From Blastocladiella emersonii ATCC 22665 (Eukaryota > Fungi > Blastocladiomycota): a stretch of 64,000 bases of DNA. A model generated the notes under the pieces. It was not told the origin of the DNA and did not search any database. It saw only the letters and a program-made list of their open reading frames with translations. A program made the translations under genes and the position numbers. The DNA lies in NCBI GenBank assembly GCA_025594325.1, contig JANHCV010000005.1, positions 496,001 through 560,000 on the forward strand, read 5' to 3'. Positions 21,782 through 34,224 of this stretch are shown piece by piece (the first letter of the stretch is position 1; the number at the start of each line of letters is the position of its first letter).

Positions 21782-24700
21782 TCAAATGGCGTGGTCGAGC
21801 GCGTTGGTCTCGTCAAACAGGTCCCCGAAATCGGGCTCGTCGTCGCCGCCGCCCGCGCCACCGGCGCCGCCCGCCTGCGGCGCGATCATCACCTTATTGA
21901 CCATGGCCACGGCCGTCGACTTCTGGATGCGCCCGGCCTCGCCGACCGCCACGCTCGTGATGTGCGCGAACAGGGACTTGATGGCTCGCTCGCGGTCGCC
22001 CTCGGTGTGCAGCTGCGGCCACGTCTGGTGGAACAGCTACAGTGGTGCAAAAGTGTGAGCTGCCAGCCAGGATCGCGTTCACGGATGTCAGCATACCATG
22101 AGCGCCTGCTGCGGGACACCCTCAGCGGCGAGCATCTGGAGCGTGTCGTTGGCAAACTCGGACGCGAGAAGAATCACAAGCGCGCCGCTGATCATGCCGA
22201 GCACGATATCGTACGCGTCCGCGTGCACCGGGCTCCGCAGCGCGGGGAGGACGCCGCGCACGACAAACGACGCGAGGATCGGGATCCGCGTCGCGCGTGC
22301 TTCCGCCGCGGCCGTACCCGGCGGCGCAAAGTGCGGGAGCAGCGCCTTGATGGTGATCATGGACTTGGTCACGGCGCTGGGCTCGCCCCACTTGCACGCG
22401 GCCGTGAGCAGCGAAAGGACGGCCTCGTGGAGCGTGGCGTCCCCAAACACGGCCTCGGCGAGCCCGTTCTCGACGCGCCGCTTGCGGCCCTGCACGAACC
22501 ACGACGCCAGCATGTCGAGGGCGCCGACGCTCAGCGCGCGGAGCTGCCGGTCGTGGACGATTTCGGCCGACAGCGCCGCACCCGTCCCAGATTCATCCTC
22601 GTCGTCGTCGCTGCCACCGCCCTCCTCCTCCTCGACATCCGCCGCGGTACGCCACTGTCCGTCGGCGCCGGTCGCGAGGGCGTTGGCGGCCCACTCGCGG
22701 TCGAGGCGCGCAATGAGGAACCGGCACAGCGCCGGGATCACGGGGAGCAGGACCGCGGGCCGCGCGGCGTCGGGGCAGTTGGACACGAGCGGCTCGACAA
22801 AGCACCGCAGGACCGCCGTCAGGTGCCGCGACTCGACCGTGTCGAGGTTCGCGAACACGGTGCGGATGATGTGCGCGGCCACGTCCGGGATCTGGTAGAA
22901 GGCCGGCCGCAGCAGGTGGCCCAGCAGCGTGTACGCGTTCGGCTTGAGCTGCTCGACCCACATCTGCACCTTGAGCTTGGCCTTTTCGGCGTCGGCCGTC
23001 GGGGGCGCGGTGGGGTTGGCGGCCGCGGCAGCCGAGTCCTCGGATTCCTTGGCTACAAGATGCGCGCAGTCGTGGTCAGCCGCCATTCACATCCCCCGAA
23101 AGAACAATCGTACTCTGGAGATACGCCGTCTTGATATACACGGGGACGTCCTGGAGCATCTTGACGAGCGGGTTGGTCTGGGCAAGCCCGGGGTCCGTGA
23201 GGGCGTGCGCGCACTGGACGATCTGCATGACGCACGCGGCCACCTGCGGCACGTACACGTCGAGCACGTCCGGGTAGCTACTCGCCGCCGCGCGCTTCAT
23301 GCCGGCGTTGAGCGTGACCATGGGCAGCATGATGCGCGACCGCATCTCGCGGTTCGCAGGGACCGCCGGGTCGCACAGGCGGATGAGCGCCGCGGGGTCG
23401 GGTAGGGCGGCGGCGACGTCGGCGCAGAACCCCGAGAGGATCGGGTCGAACAACGCGCGGGTACGCGCGGCGCGGTCGGCGGGGTTAGGCAGCTGCGCCG
23501 TGTGCAGGATGGCGACGAGTTGGCACTCGACGACGTGGCACACCTCGGGGAGCGGGAGCGCGGTAGCGGCGCGGTGGATCTCGTCGGCGAGCGCGAACAC
23601 GAGGTCGGGGACCGCCGTCGCGATGCGCGCCATCTGCGCGAGCAGCGTGTACCGAGCGCCGCGCGACGGCGTCGAGTACGTGATGATGGTCTCGAGCAGC
23701 GGGAGGAGCAGCTGCATCTCGCCGCCGATCGCGCCGACGCACGCGGACGCCGTGCGCACGAGCGACGCGAGCGTGTCGTCCTGGCGCGCGTCGGCCGCGG
23801 CGCGCACCCGCGTCAGCAGGTGCTGGTACAGCTGCAGCAGCGAGACGGGGTCCTTGAGCAGCTCGCTCGACGACGCCTCGATCATGGCCTGCGCGCCCGC
23901 GACGTGGGTTCCCGCCACGAGTTGCGTCAGCAGCCACTGCGCGCTCTGCATCGGGCTCATGCCCGCGACGAGCTTGACGACCGTCTTGGTGTGCGCCTTG
24001 AGCGACGCCAGCGCGCGGCTGCGCGTCTTGCGGTTCGGGAACTCTTCGTACGGCGGCGGCTACGTCAAAAAGCGTCAGTGAAGATGTCCCGGGGAAACGC
24101 AAACGAAAGTAACGAACCCGCTCGAACGTGAGAATCGCCTTCTCGAGAACGCGCGGCAGCGCGTCGAGGATCGGCTCGGACTGCTTGAGGTACGGGTGCT
24201 TGAGCGCCGTGAGCCAGAACGAGACGATCGACGTGGAGAGGGTGACGGACGGGTGCTGCTGGAGCTCGAGGAGCGCCGAGATGTACTCGGGCATAGCGCG
24301 AGGGAGCCACGCCGTGTTGGTCTTGCCGCACACCTGGCGGGTGCCGACCTCGACGATCGCCTGGACGAGCAGCTTCATGGTGTCGAACGCCTCGGCGTCG
24401 CCCTGGTCGAGCGAGTACAGGCACTGCACGACGGGCGTCACGAGCCCGCCGTCGACAAACGGCTCGAACATGAGCTGCGCCTCGCCGGGCTGCGGGTAGT
24501 TGCGGTGGCACACGAGGAACAGGACCTCGGCCGCGGCGTACCGCAGCGCGGAGGACGAGGCCGCCGCGAGCAGCTGCGCCAGCCCGACGAGCAGGTTCGA
24601 CTGCGCCAGGAGCTCGGACGACACCCACGAGACCATGGTGGCGAGCGCGCGCAGAGCCGCGACGCCCATGTGCACGTCGGCGGGGGTCGCGGCGAACCCG

Positions 24701-25585
24701 GCGCTGACGAACGGCTGCAGCTGGGTCACGGCGACGAGGTACCACCCGAGCCGGCCCTGCTCGCCGGGCACGTACTCGACGACCTTGACGGCGTTGCGGA
24801 ACGGCTGCAGGTCCCGGTGCACCTGCTTGGCGTACGCCTCGTCCGTCAGCACGATCGAGCTCAGCGCCTTCATCAGCACGCGCTTGCGCGACACGACCAC
24901 CTCGTCTGAGAAGTCCACGTCGTAGATGTCCTCGCACAGCGCGGTCAGCGTCATGAACACGAGTTCGCGGTGGATCAGCTACACGACTCGCGCTCGTTAG
25001 CAGCCGGCCTGTCGCACGATAGCGACCCCGCGGTACCGATCCAGTGAACATGCGCGTGAGCAGCGCATTGAGGTCCCACGGCTGCGGCCACTCGCGCTTA
25101 GCGACCTCGACGAGGATGGTGGCGAGCTTGGACTTGATGGGGTTCGAGTCGGACGGCGCGAGCCCCTCGGTGACGAGCTGCTCGAGGCTGCCGACGAACG
25201 CCGAGCCGGCCTCTGGCGGCATCTGCGCCCACTGGTACCGCGCGACGAACTCGAGGCACTTGAGGCCAAAGAAGCGGACCTCGTCCGGGTGACCGGCGCC
25301 CGCGGGCGCCAGCGCCATGCCGACGGCCGGCGCGTCGCCCGACTGGGTCACTTTGTTGAGGTACTACGCCGAAGGCGTGGTTAGGCGGTGCGCAGGCGGG
25401 AGTTGGGTGGAGGACAGTACCTCATAGGTCTGCAGTCGCTCGGCCTGCGAGGCGGTCGGGCTGAGCTGGACCCGGATCGCTTGGATGATTTCGCCCAGGA
25501 CTGGAGGTGCAGACGCGCAGGTCAGCGTGGGCGATGCATTGCTTTAAGTTACATGGTGAGCCAAACCGTTGCCGGGGAGGGTCAT
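21782..25585 (-). CDS. MSN5: Exportin-5/Msn5-like karyopherin, multi-exon
   Basis: EVRFFGLKCLE, IKSKLATILVEVAKREWPQ.W (Xpo1/importin-beta N-terminal region); long HEAT-like exons; stop at 21782. Start codon approximate. Confidence 0.85.
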
Positions 25586-25704
25586 GGTGGTGAAGGTTGC
25601 TGGATGGAGAGCGGCGACGGTGATCGACGCGGCGAGCGTGATGTGACGCACAAGAACGTTTTGTACAGAATCGTCTATCGCACAGCCAGCCAAAAACTCA
25701 TCGT

Positions 25705-26889
25705 CTACTCCTCCTTGATCTTGAGGTCCTCGACGAGCTCGTCCTTTTCGGGCTCGACGGGGTTCCAGATCGGGCGCCACTTGTCGACGGACTTGATCCA
25801 CGCGACCGACTCGTCGAGGGCCTGGTCAAGGGTGAGCAGCGGGCGGTAGCCGAGGCGCGCCTTGGCCTTGGAGCAGTCGAAGGTGCGGGCCGCCGTGGCG
25901 AGGCGCATGCGGAAGGGCGTGAAGAGGATGTCGATCTTGACGACGGGGCTGATGAGCCACACGAAAAAGGACGCGACGTAGGCGAGCCCCATCATGAGCC
26001 AGCGCGGCAGGTGCACGGACCCGGCGCGGGCGATCCGCGGGTCGGTGGGCGGCAGCAGCTTGTGCATGAGGCGCACGGGGAAGTCCCAGAAGGGGATCGG
26101 GTCGTCGTTGGTGACGAAGAAGGCCTCGCCGTCGACGCCCGAGCCCTTGGCGAGCTTGGCGGCGGCGAGCAGGTGCGCGACGGCCACGTTCTCGACGTAG
26201 GTGAAGTCGAACATGTTCTTGCCGTCGCCGACGACCAGGTGCGACTTGGAGGCGACCACCTCCATCATGCCGGGCAGCTGCTGGCCGTCGCGCGGGCCAA
26301 AGATGCCCGAGGGCCGGACCGCGCACGTCAGCAGCGAGCCGCCGTTGGTCGTGGGCAGGTTGTTGGACTTGAGCACGAGGTCCTCGGCGGCGGCCTTGGT
26401 CTCGGTGTAGGCGTCGAGCGGGGTCTCGCAGTACAGCGCGTCCTCGTTGATGTTGCTCACGTCGGCGCCGTTGAACACGACCGAGGCCGACGACGTATAG
26501 ACGAACTTGGCGACGCCCGCGGCGAGGCACGCCTGGATCAGCGTCTTGGTGCCGTCGACGTTGACGCTCCAGTAGAAGGGGCGGCCGCGGCCGTGCGGCG
26601 GCGACGCCGTGTGAATCACGCAGGTGATGCCGTGCGCCGACAGCGTGCGGACCAGGAACTCGTGGTCGAGCAGCGACCCGATGTGGTACACGACGCCCTC
26701 GCGGTCCGGGAACCGCTGCTGCAGATCCAGCACGTGCACGGGCGCGCGCTTGTCTTCCGGCAGGGCGGCGCGCGCCTCGAGCAGATACTCGACAATGTGC
26801 GAGCCCAGGAAGCCGTCGCCGCCCACGACCAGGACCGTGTCGTCGATGCGGATCTGGCGGACGGCCGCCTTGGCGGGAGGTGCGACCAT
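25705..26889 (-). CDS. ERG26: Sterol-4-alpha-carboxylate 3-dehydrogenase (NSDHL/Erg26), 394 aa
   Basis: VVGGDGFLGSHIV Rossmann motif, YTSSASVVF, YTETKA (YxxxK), RPSGIFGPRD, FDFTYVENVA. Confidence 0.93.
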   Translation of the reverse strand: MVAPPAKAAVRQIRIDDTVLVVGGDGFLGSHIVEYLLEARAALPEDKRAPVHVLDLQQRFPDREGVVYHIGSLLDHEFLVRTLSAHGITCVIHTASPPHGRGRPFYWSVNVDGTKTLIQACLAAGVAKFVYTSSASVVFNGADVSNINEDALYCETPLDAYTETKAAAEDLVLKSNNLPTTNGGSLLTCAVRPSGIFGPRDGQQLPGMMEVVASKSHLVVGDGKNMFDFTYVENVAVAHLLAAAKLAKGSGVDGEAFFVTNDDPIPFWDFPVRLMHKLLPPTDPRIARAGSVHLPRWLMMGLAYVASFFVWLISPVVKIDILFTPFRMRLATAARTFDCSKAKARLGYRPLLTLDQALDESVAWIKSVDKWRPIWNPVEPEKDELVEDLKIKEE

Positions 26890-27194
26890 GGTGGTGTTGA
26901 TGCGTTGGCTACGTTTACTTTGGGGGCAGGGAAGGGGGAGAGGGAGAGGGAGAGGGGGGGAAGGCAAACGCGACGCCCAGGAAGAGGCGGAGCGCGGCGG
27001 CAGCCGGCCGACGTGTCGCGCACGCGGGTCACGCGACGTCTGGGAACCGCTCCCCTTTCCTGTTCGCCACCGGCTGCGCAAGAAGCAAGGAGCAAACGAC
27101 GCGTCGGCGCGGCCGCCCGCTCTCCCCGAAACCCATCCGCGCAACACACCCCTCCCCGCGCCCACCCCCCTCCCCCCACTCCCCGCACTTCAAC

Positions 27195-29131
27195 ATGGAC
27201 GCCCAGGTCAACATGGATCTCGACAGCATCATCGCCGCCAACAAGGCGTCGCGGTCGGCCGGCGCCGGCTCCGGGTCCGGGTCGCGCTCGGGCCGCGGCC
27301 GCCGCGGCGGCAACGGCGGCAACTCCAACGCCAACGACGCGCCCAAGAACTCGGGCCGTGGCGGCGACCGCGAGCGCGACCGCCCCGCGCGCGGCGGCAA
27401 CCGCGACCGCGACGCCCCCTCGTCTGCGCCCGCCCGCTCGGGCCCGCTCACCACCGGCTCCACCAAGATCTCGGTCGCCAACCTCGACCCCAACGTGACC
27501 GAGAGCGACCTCGAGGTGCGTCCTTTTCTTCGTTTCGGGGGAGGTGATTGACTCGATTCGCAGCGGCTGACCCAAATTTCCACCGCCAGCTCCTCTTCAA
27601 CCGCGTCGGCCGCGTCAAGCGCGTCCAGCTCTTCTTCGACCGCAACGGCCGCTCGCAGGGCACGGCCCAGGTCGTGTACGCGTCCAAGCCCGACGCGGCG
27701 GCTGCCATTGCCCAGTACAACGGCGTCACGCTCGACGGTACGCTCGGCTCACGCCGCTAGCTCCCCCTCAACCAACCCATCGACCACCTACCTCGCCTCT
27801 TCCACCGTCGCCGTCATCGTTGCCGCGTCGGGTCTGCCCCAAGGTTTTCCGGTCTCTCCGTCGTGCTGCACCTGCCGCACGCGTCTCGGCCCTCGGTGTC
27901 TCTACACCCGAGCGGTCCTCCTCGTCGTCCACCTGTGCCACTCGCGGTCGATGCGTGGATGTGCGCGCCCCTGCCCGCTCTTCGGAGCCCAGTGCACTGG
28001 CCGCCGCTGCCCGCTGACACCTCACGATCCTTGGCTGGTGGACCTGTGCTCTGGGTCCCGTACGCGGGGCCTCCCCCGTGTGTGGTTCCTGTCCCCGTCT
28101 TCGTCTCCGCTGCCGTACCCGCTTGCTGTCGTTGTTGCCGCGCGCTCGCTGTCGATGCCGGTGGGTCTCCGCCGGGCCGTGGTGCTGGGGGTCACCGGCC
28201 CGCCGCGGAGCTCGACACACGCGCGGTGCTCCTCGCCGTGCTCGCGCGGCTGCGGTCATGGCCTATGGGTCGGGTCGGCGCGAGTGACGAGCGATTCTCG
28301 GGGTCCGTCCTGACGGGTTCGGCGGTCCGGTCGTGGGCCGTCCGGCCTCCCGCTCCGCTGTTCTCGTCACGGACGTGGCCCGTCCTTTGCGTTCCGATTG
28401 GATTGGCGTTCCGGCTCGGCGCGCAGTGTGTTCGACTCGACTCGACTCGGTGATCAAGCTGCGCGTGTGGTGGCCTCGTGTGGACCGCGCGTGCCTCGGT
28501 CAAGTGTCCTCGGCGGTCGACGGCTGCCTCGTGTGGTGGTCCATCATCCCCCTCCCCCCTTTGTCGACTCCACACCTGCGTTTCGTCCATGTACTCATCG
28601 TCCCACCCACGCTCGCCCGTCCTCCATCCCCCCCCCTCGCTCGGTCAACCTCGGTTCCGGTCGTCCCAGGTCGCGCCATGCGCATCGAGCTCGTCGTCGC
28701 TGCCAGCGCCCTCGACAAGACCATCGTGACCGCGGCTGCTCCTGCGTACGCTTCCTGCCTCGATCGCCCACCCCTCGCTCCGATGCTCACGCGCGCGCTC
28801 GTCCTCGTTCAGTCCCCGTCGTGGTGGCGGTGACCGCGACCGCAACAACAACAACAACCGCGACCGCGACTCGCGCCCGGCGCCGTCCGCACCCAAGGAG
28901 GGCAGCGGCCGCCGTCGCACTGGCCGCCCGGGCCGCTCGGGCAAGTCGGCGGACAAGCCCGCCAAGGAGGCGCCCAAGTCGGCCACGGACCTCGACAGCG
29001 AGCTGATGGCGTACATGAGCGGTGCCGCGGTACGTCTCACCTGCTTGAGGGCTCTCGGAGTCTTGGTTGCTCACACTTGCTCTCCCCTTCCTTCGTAGGC
29101 TGCCGGCGGCGACGCCATGCAGACCGACTAA
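27195..29131 (+). CDS. YRA1: mRNA export adaptor Yra1/ALY (THOC4) with RRM, 4 introns
   Basis: N-box MDLDSII; RRM KISVANLDPNVTESDLE/LLF...GRSQGTAQVVY...YNGVTLD/GRAMRIE; C-box KSATDLDSELMAYM. Confidence 0.92.
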
Positions 29132-29418
29132 GCGCGACGACGGCCAAGGAGGCCTCGAACGGCCATGGGTTCCCGCCACGCCGTGCTCCTCGCGCGGTGC
29201 ACCACCACCATCATCCTCAACCAACCTCTATGCAATATCTTTATTCTACACCCTCTCTCGCTCTCGCTCTCCCTTCTCTCGTCGCGCGCGCGGGTCGCGT
29301 CCGCTGTTGGTCCCTGGCCAGTTCGACCTCCCTCCCCCCTCTCCCTCTCCCTGTGGTTTTGACTCGACAATGATATCTTCCGAATGCACATGCACACCCC
29401 CTCCCGCCCTCCCTCACA

Positions 29419-29916
29419 CTACCACTTGAGCTTGAGCGACGCGCCGAAATACGTGCGCAGCGTGTCCTCGGTCACGTCGATGATCCGCGCGCGCACCGTA
29501 TCGCGGCCGAGCCGCGTATACGCGGCCCACCGGTGGCACCCGCCCACCGCGAAGTAGTAGTGCGCCTCGGCGCCCGTCTCCGGGTGCACGCGCTCCAGGT
29601 GCATCACCTCGATCGGCGTCATCTCCACGCCCGCATCGAGCTTGGCCATGAAGTCGCATACTTTTGCGTCGTCCAGCACGCTCGGGATCGGGCGGCGGAT
29701 CACGGACAGCGGGATGTCGTAGATCTCGGTCGAGGTTGTGAAGACGGACTTGGACAGGTCCTCGTCCGGCGCGGCGGCGGCGGCGGGGGTGGGGGTGGGG
29801 GTGGCCGTGGGCGGCGAGGTGGTGGTCGGGGTCGTCGTGGACATGGTGCGAACGACGTTGGTGGTGGTGGTTCGAAGCAAGAGTCGGGTTGTGGCAGCGG
29901 CGGCCCAGCGTTGCAT
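29419..29916 (-). CDS. SRX1: Sulfiredoxin
   Basis: IPLSVIRRPIPSVLD, TPIEV, YFAVGGCHRWAAY (GGCHR active site). Confidence 0.92.
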   Translation of the reverse strand: MQRWAAAATTRLLLRTTTTNVVRTMSTTTPTTTSPPTATPTPTPAAAAAPDEDLSKSVFTTSTEIYDIPLSVIRRPIPSVLDDAKVCDFMAKLDAGVEMTPIEVMHLERVHPETGAEAHYYFAVGGCHRWAAYTRLGRDTVRARIIDVTEDTLRTYFGASLKLKW

Positions 29917-30159
29917 GGTTGATGTGCGGGAGAGGGAGGACGTAGGACGACAATCGTGGAGGCATCGGCGTGCACTCGGAGGCGACCTGACAAATCGGCC
30001 GGCCGGCCCGCTGAGCCACACCGACGACCTGACCGACGACCGCGCCGAGCCACGCGCGTCGTGTCTCGCACCGCGCGTCTCCACTGTTCCTCGACGCGTC
30101 GTTGACGCGCTCCTTCTTCTCTCGCCCTCCCCACCTCGAGCAACCTCACATCCGTAACC

Positions 30160-31915
30160 ATGTCACAAATCAAATGCATCCGGTTCCACCCAGCCAAGCC
30201 GGCCATCTACGTCGACTACGCGACGCCGGGCAAGCCCGTGCCGGTGCACCGGCGGCGGCGGATCCCTGTGCGCGACCTGACGTCGGCCAAACTCGCGTCC
30301 ACCGCAGGCGGGGCCGAAGTCTCGGTTGAGAAGGTCGCGCGGTCACTGCTATTGCGCCACGCCGACGTCCTGATGCCGCTCGGCCAGGCCAAGGTCGAGG
30401 CCATCGTGCGCCGGATCCAGGAGATCCGCGCGCCGCCGCCCGGGTCACCGGCGCCGTCGATGGCGGGGAAGGCGGAAGGGGGGAAGGTGAATGTCAAAGA
30501 CCTCCTCGCGGCGGCGCGCGCGGGTAGGGAGGCGGGGCTGGCGGCAACAGCGGTGGTGGAGCCGGGCGATCTCGACCTGAACAAGATCGAGTACGCTTGA
30601 ATCAGTGTGTGGTGTGCGCGGACCTTGAACTGACGCGAGCGCGGTGTAGCGAGACCGAGCTGCGCAAGATCAAGGGCGCCATGGAGGTCCAGTTCGAGCA
30701 GATCCGGATCAAGCCAACCGACCCGCGGTTCGTGTACGACAAGCGGGTACGTCTGCTGGCGACGGGCAGCTTGAAAGCGCGTAACTAACACGCACTCGCG
30801 CATTCTAGGTCGACTTTGGAGCGAGCGACAGCGGCAAGGAAGATAACGACTGGGACAGCGACGGCGACGAGGACGCGCAGAGTGTCGCGTCGTCTCGCGC
30901 GGCGTCGCCGGCCGTACTCGCCACAGCCGCGCATCAAGCGTCGGCGCCGGCGGCGACTGCGCCCGCACCGCCAACGCTCGCTCCAAGCAGCCCGATCCTC
31001 GACGCCCTGGCCGTGATCCAGCCGCGCGACGAGCCTGTGCTCTCACTCGACACGGCGCCCGCCCCTCCCGCGCCCACCGCTGCGGTCCCGCTTCCCGCAC
31101 CCTCGTCGCTCCCGAGCCTTCCGCCGCTCTCCGCCCTGTCGCCCCTCACGGCGCCGAGCCCGTTCAAGTCCACCCCGCCGTCGACCCTGAACCCGTACAG
31201 CGGCCTCGTCGACGACGCCGACGCAGACGACGGCGGCTCGACGAGCAACGTGTCCGAAATCATCGACGAGGACGACGTGTCGTTCCACCTCAGCGAGGCC
31301 GTCTCGGACGCACCCGCGAGCGACGCGTTGCCGCTCCCCGCGTCGCCGCCACCGGCCGCGGCGGTCTCACCAACGGCGCAAGTGCTCGCGGCACCTTCTG
31401 CTGCTGCTGCCGTCGAGCCTGCGCCCGTTATCGTCACGAGCGACCCGCCCCGTGTCGCCGAACCCGCCGCCGCCGCCGCACCTCAGCCGATCCAGACCCT
31501 CGACGCCGAACTGTCGTACTCGGAGGACTTTGACTTTGGCGCGGGCGAGACCGAGTCGAACGTGAGCACGGGCGCGCTCGATGCGTCGCACCGGAGCCGC
31601 GCGACGACGAACGCTGACGACGACGACGACGATGAGTTTGGTGCCGGTGCGACTGCGTCCGAAGACGGCGATGAGGAAGAGGAGGAGTCGGCCGAGGAGT
31701 CGAGCAGCAGCCTGCCACCGCCTCCGCGGCCCCTCATGTCGGCGTTCGGGCTCGCGCCGGCGCCGCCAAGCCCAGCACCGGCGCCGGCCATGTCGCTCCC
31801 GTTCAAGTCGATGCACGACGCGGACGACGATGACGATGACGGCGAGATCGAGGAGGACATCGAGGTCGAGGCGTACGAGTCGGACGCGGCGGGCGGCGAC
31901 GACGACGACTTTTGA
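30160..31915 (+). CDS. CEP19: CEP19-like centrosomal/ciliary protein with a long acidic tail, 2 introns
   Basis: CIRFHPAKPAIYVDY, RRRIPVR, DLNKI/SETELRKIKGAMEVQFE...DPRFVYDKR/VDF...WD match the CEP19 pattern. Confidence 0.75.
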
Positions 31916-32056
31916 TGACGATCCGTATACAGAGGACGGGTTGCATGGTTTTTCATTCGCCGACGTCGTCGTGAGCTGGACGTGAAGGGAGAAGAGGAGG
32001 TCAACAAGAGATCAGCGTCGGCCATCGGTCCCCTCTCTCTCCCTTCAACGACGCAC

Positions 32057-33871
32057 ATGAACGCCATGGAAAGCACAATCAAGAAGCGCAATGTAACCTC
32101 CGCCAAGCGGAACCAGCGGCAAACCGCGGGCGAGGCGGCCCCGCTCGAGATGCCGGCGACCGCAGCCATGGCCGACCTGTGCCTGTCCGACCCCTCCTCT
32201 TCCTCCGCGGCGCCAGCCGTCAGCGGCAGCGACAAGGTCGTGGAGACGATCAGCACCGAGGGCTTCACCGAACACGTCAAGGACTTTGTCCGCGACTCGC
32301 CCTCCGCCCCCGCCGCTGCCGCTGCGCCCGCACCCAGCAGCGCCGCGAGCGCGTGCGTCTCGGCCGACTTCCTGGCGTACATGGAGCACTGCATGCCCGT
32401 CAAGGACGCGACGCCGGCGTTCCGCATCGAGCCGATCCCGGGCAAGGGCCGCGGCGTGATCGCGACGCGCGCGTTCGCCGTCGGCGAGGTGCTGTGGTGC
32501 GAGGACCCCGTTGTCGCGCTGCCGTTCGCCGAGGAGGTCGGAAACATCTGCTCGTGGTGCTTTGCCACGCCGCAGAAGCGCGCGGCGTGTTCGGCGTGCT
32601 CGCGCGTCGTGTATTGCGGTCGCGGTACGATGTCTGGTTGGTGAGAAGTTGGGGGTGTGGGACTGACAGTGGTGCGATTGTAGACTGCCAGCGCAAGGAC
32701 TGGGCCCAGCACAAGCTTGAGTGCGCGCACCTCAAAAAGAAGACGTACCCGAACGTCGTCCGTTTCTTTGCGCGCCTGCTCCGCATGAAGGCCACGGGCG
32801 CGAAGCTCGCGTCGGGGCACGACGCGTGGTCGCTTGTCCGCGAGCTCGCCTCAAGTACGCCCACCCACCTTCTCGCGCCGCGAGACGACCACTCACCCCC
32901 GCCTCCGCGCGCCGTGTAGGCGAACTCAGCACCCAGGAAGCCGAGAGCATGGCGCGCGCGCTCTTCGCGGCGCGCGACCTGGTCAGCGAGGGCGAGTTCC
33001 TGCCGCCGGCCGAGGCCCTGTACTTCATGTCGCAGCTGCAGACCAACGGCATGGCGATCCACCACCTCGACGACATGAAGGGCAAGGCCGAGTCCCTGTT
33101 CCTACTCTCGTCGATCGCCAACCACGACTGCGCCGCGCCCAACGCCGTCACCGTCTTCTCGGGTCGCCGCGTCGCCCTCCGCTGCCTGCGCCCGATCAAG
33201 CCCGGCGACGAGGTCACCATCAACTACACCGAGGTGTGCGCGCCAGAGTACGAGCGGCGCAAGGAGCTTGAGAACTTTCACTTCCTCTGCAAGTGCGACC
33301 TGTGCGTCAAGGAGCGCGCGGAGACGCCGGCTGGGCGGGTCGCGTGTCCGTTGATCCGGACTGTCGCTGGTACGGTTTCCCTCGATGTCTTGCCGCTCTG
33401 TCACTGACGCGTGTTACTTGCTCCGTAGAGTACGACGCTGCGCTCAAGGACCCCGAGCTCGACGAGCGGCTGCTGCAGGAACCGCGGCGCGCTTTGATCG
33501 CCAAGCTCATGGCCAAGGAGAACCCGAACTACGAGTCGATTGCGCGGCTCGCGACGGACCTCGCGGCGACGTACGCCAAGTACCTCGGCGACCAGCACCC
33601 TGTCACGCTCTTCTTCCAGCTGCCGGCGCTCAAGGCCAACGTGCACCTGCTCCCCGAGGACCTGCGCGCCGTCGCGCTCCCCGAGATTACCAAGTTGCGG
33701 CTGCGCGCGAGCGCGCTGCTCGCCGACCTCGTGGCGTGGAAGAAGCACATGCTCGTGTGGGTCGGCGACGAGTCCGAGCTCGAGCACAAGTTCCAGGTCG
33801 GCGAGGTGCTCGTCGGGCTCGAGCAGTACTCGCACTACTTGATCTTTGCGAGCGGGTCTGCTGCGCGATGA
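32057..33871 (+). CDS. SET and MYND domain (SMYD-type) lysine methyltransferase, multi-exon
   Basis: GKGRGVIATR, MYND CxxC...CxxC...YC..CQ..DW..HK.EC, NHDC.PN, EVTINY, post-SET FLCKCDLC. Confidence 0.9.
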
Positions 33872-34224
33872 AGAGGAAATACACGCGTGCTTTGCGCGTT
33901 GCCGATCCTCGCCGCCGAAACGCGTCTCTCACCCGTCACATGATACTGTGACGCGTGGTCGCTGGAATGTCTCGCACCACGCGGCCGCCTGCCTCCCCTC
34001 ATGTCCCCGCTCGCTCGCTCGCCCGCGCCGACCAATCCTCTTTTCTGCGTCTGCGACCGTGCGATCGATTTCATCACTACTCCCCCGCCATGAACGTCGT
34101 TGGAGCGCTGACCTCCATCTCGGAGACCATCTCCTCCTCCATTTTCCAGTCCTCACGAGGTAGCTGCTGCCGATCCGCCGACCCTTCAGTGCACGCAACG
34201 AATCGGATGTAACCGTCCTCCTCC

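Noticed and set aside
28240-28320. Possible C/D-box pair (GTGACGA...CTGA) in the long YRA1 intron
   Set aside because: Boxes are imperfect and too close together, with no terminal stem or guide complementarity identified; needs a computational scan.
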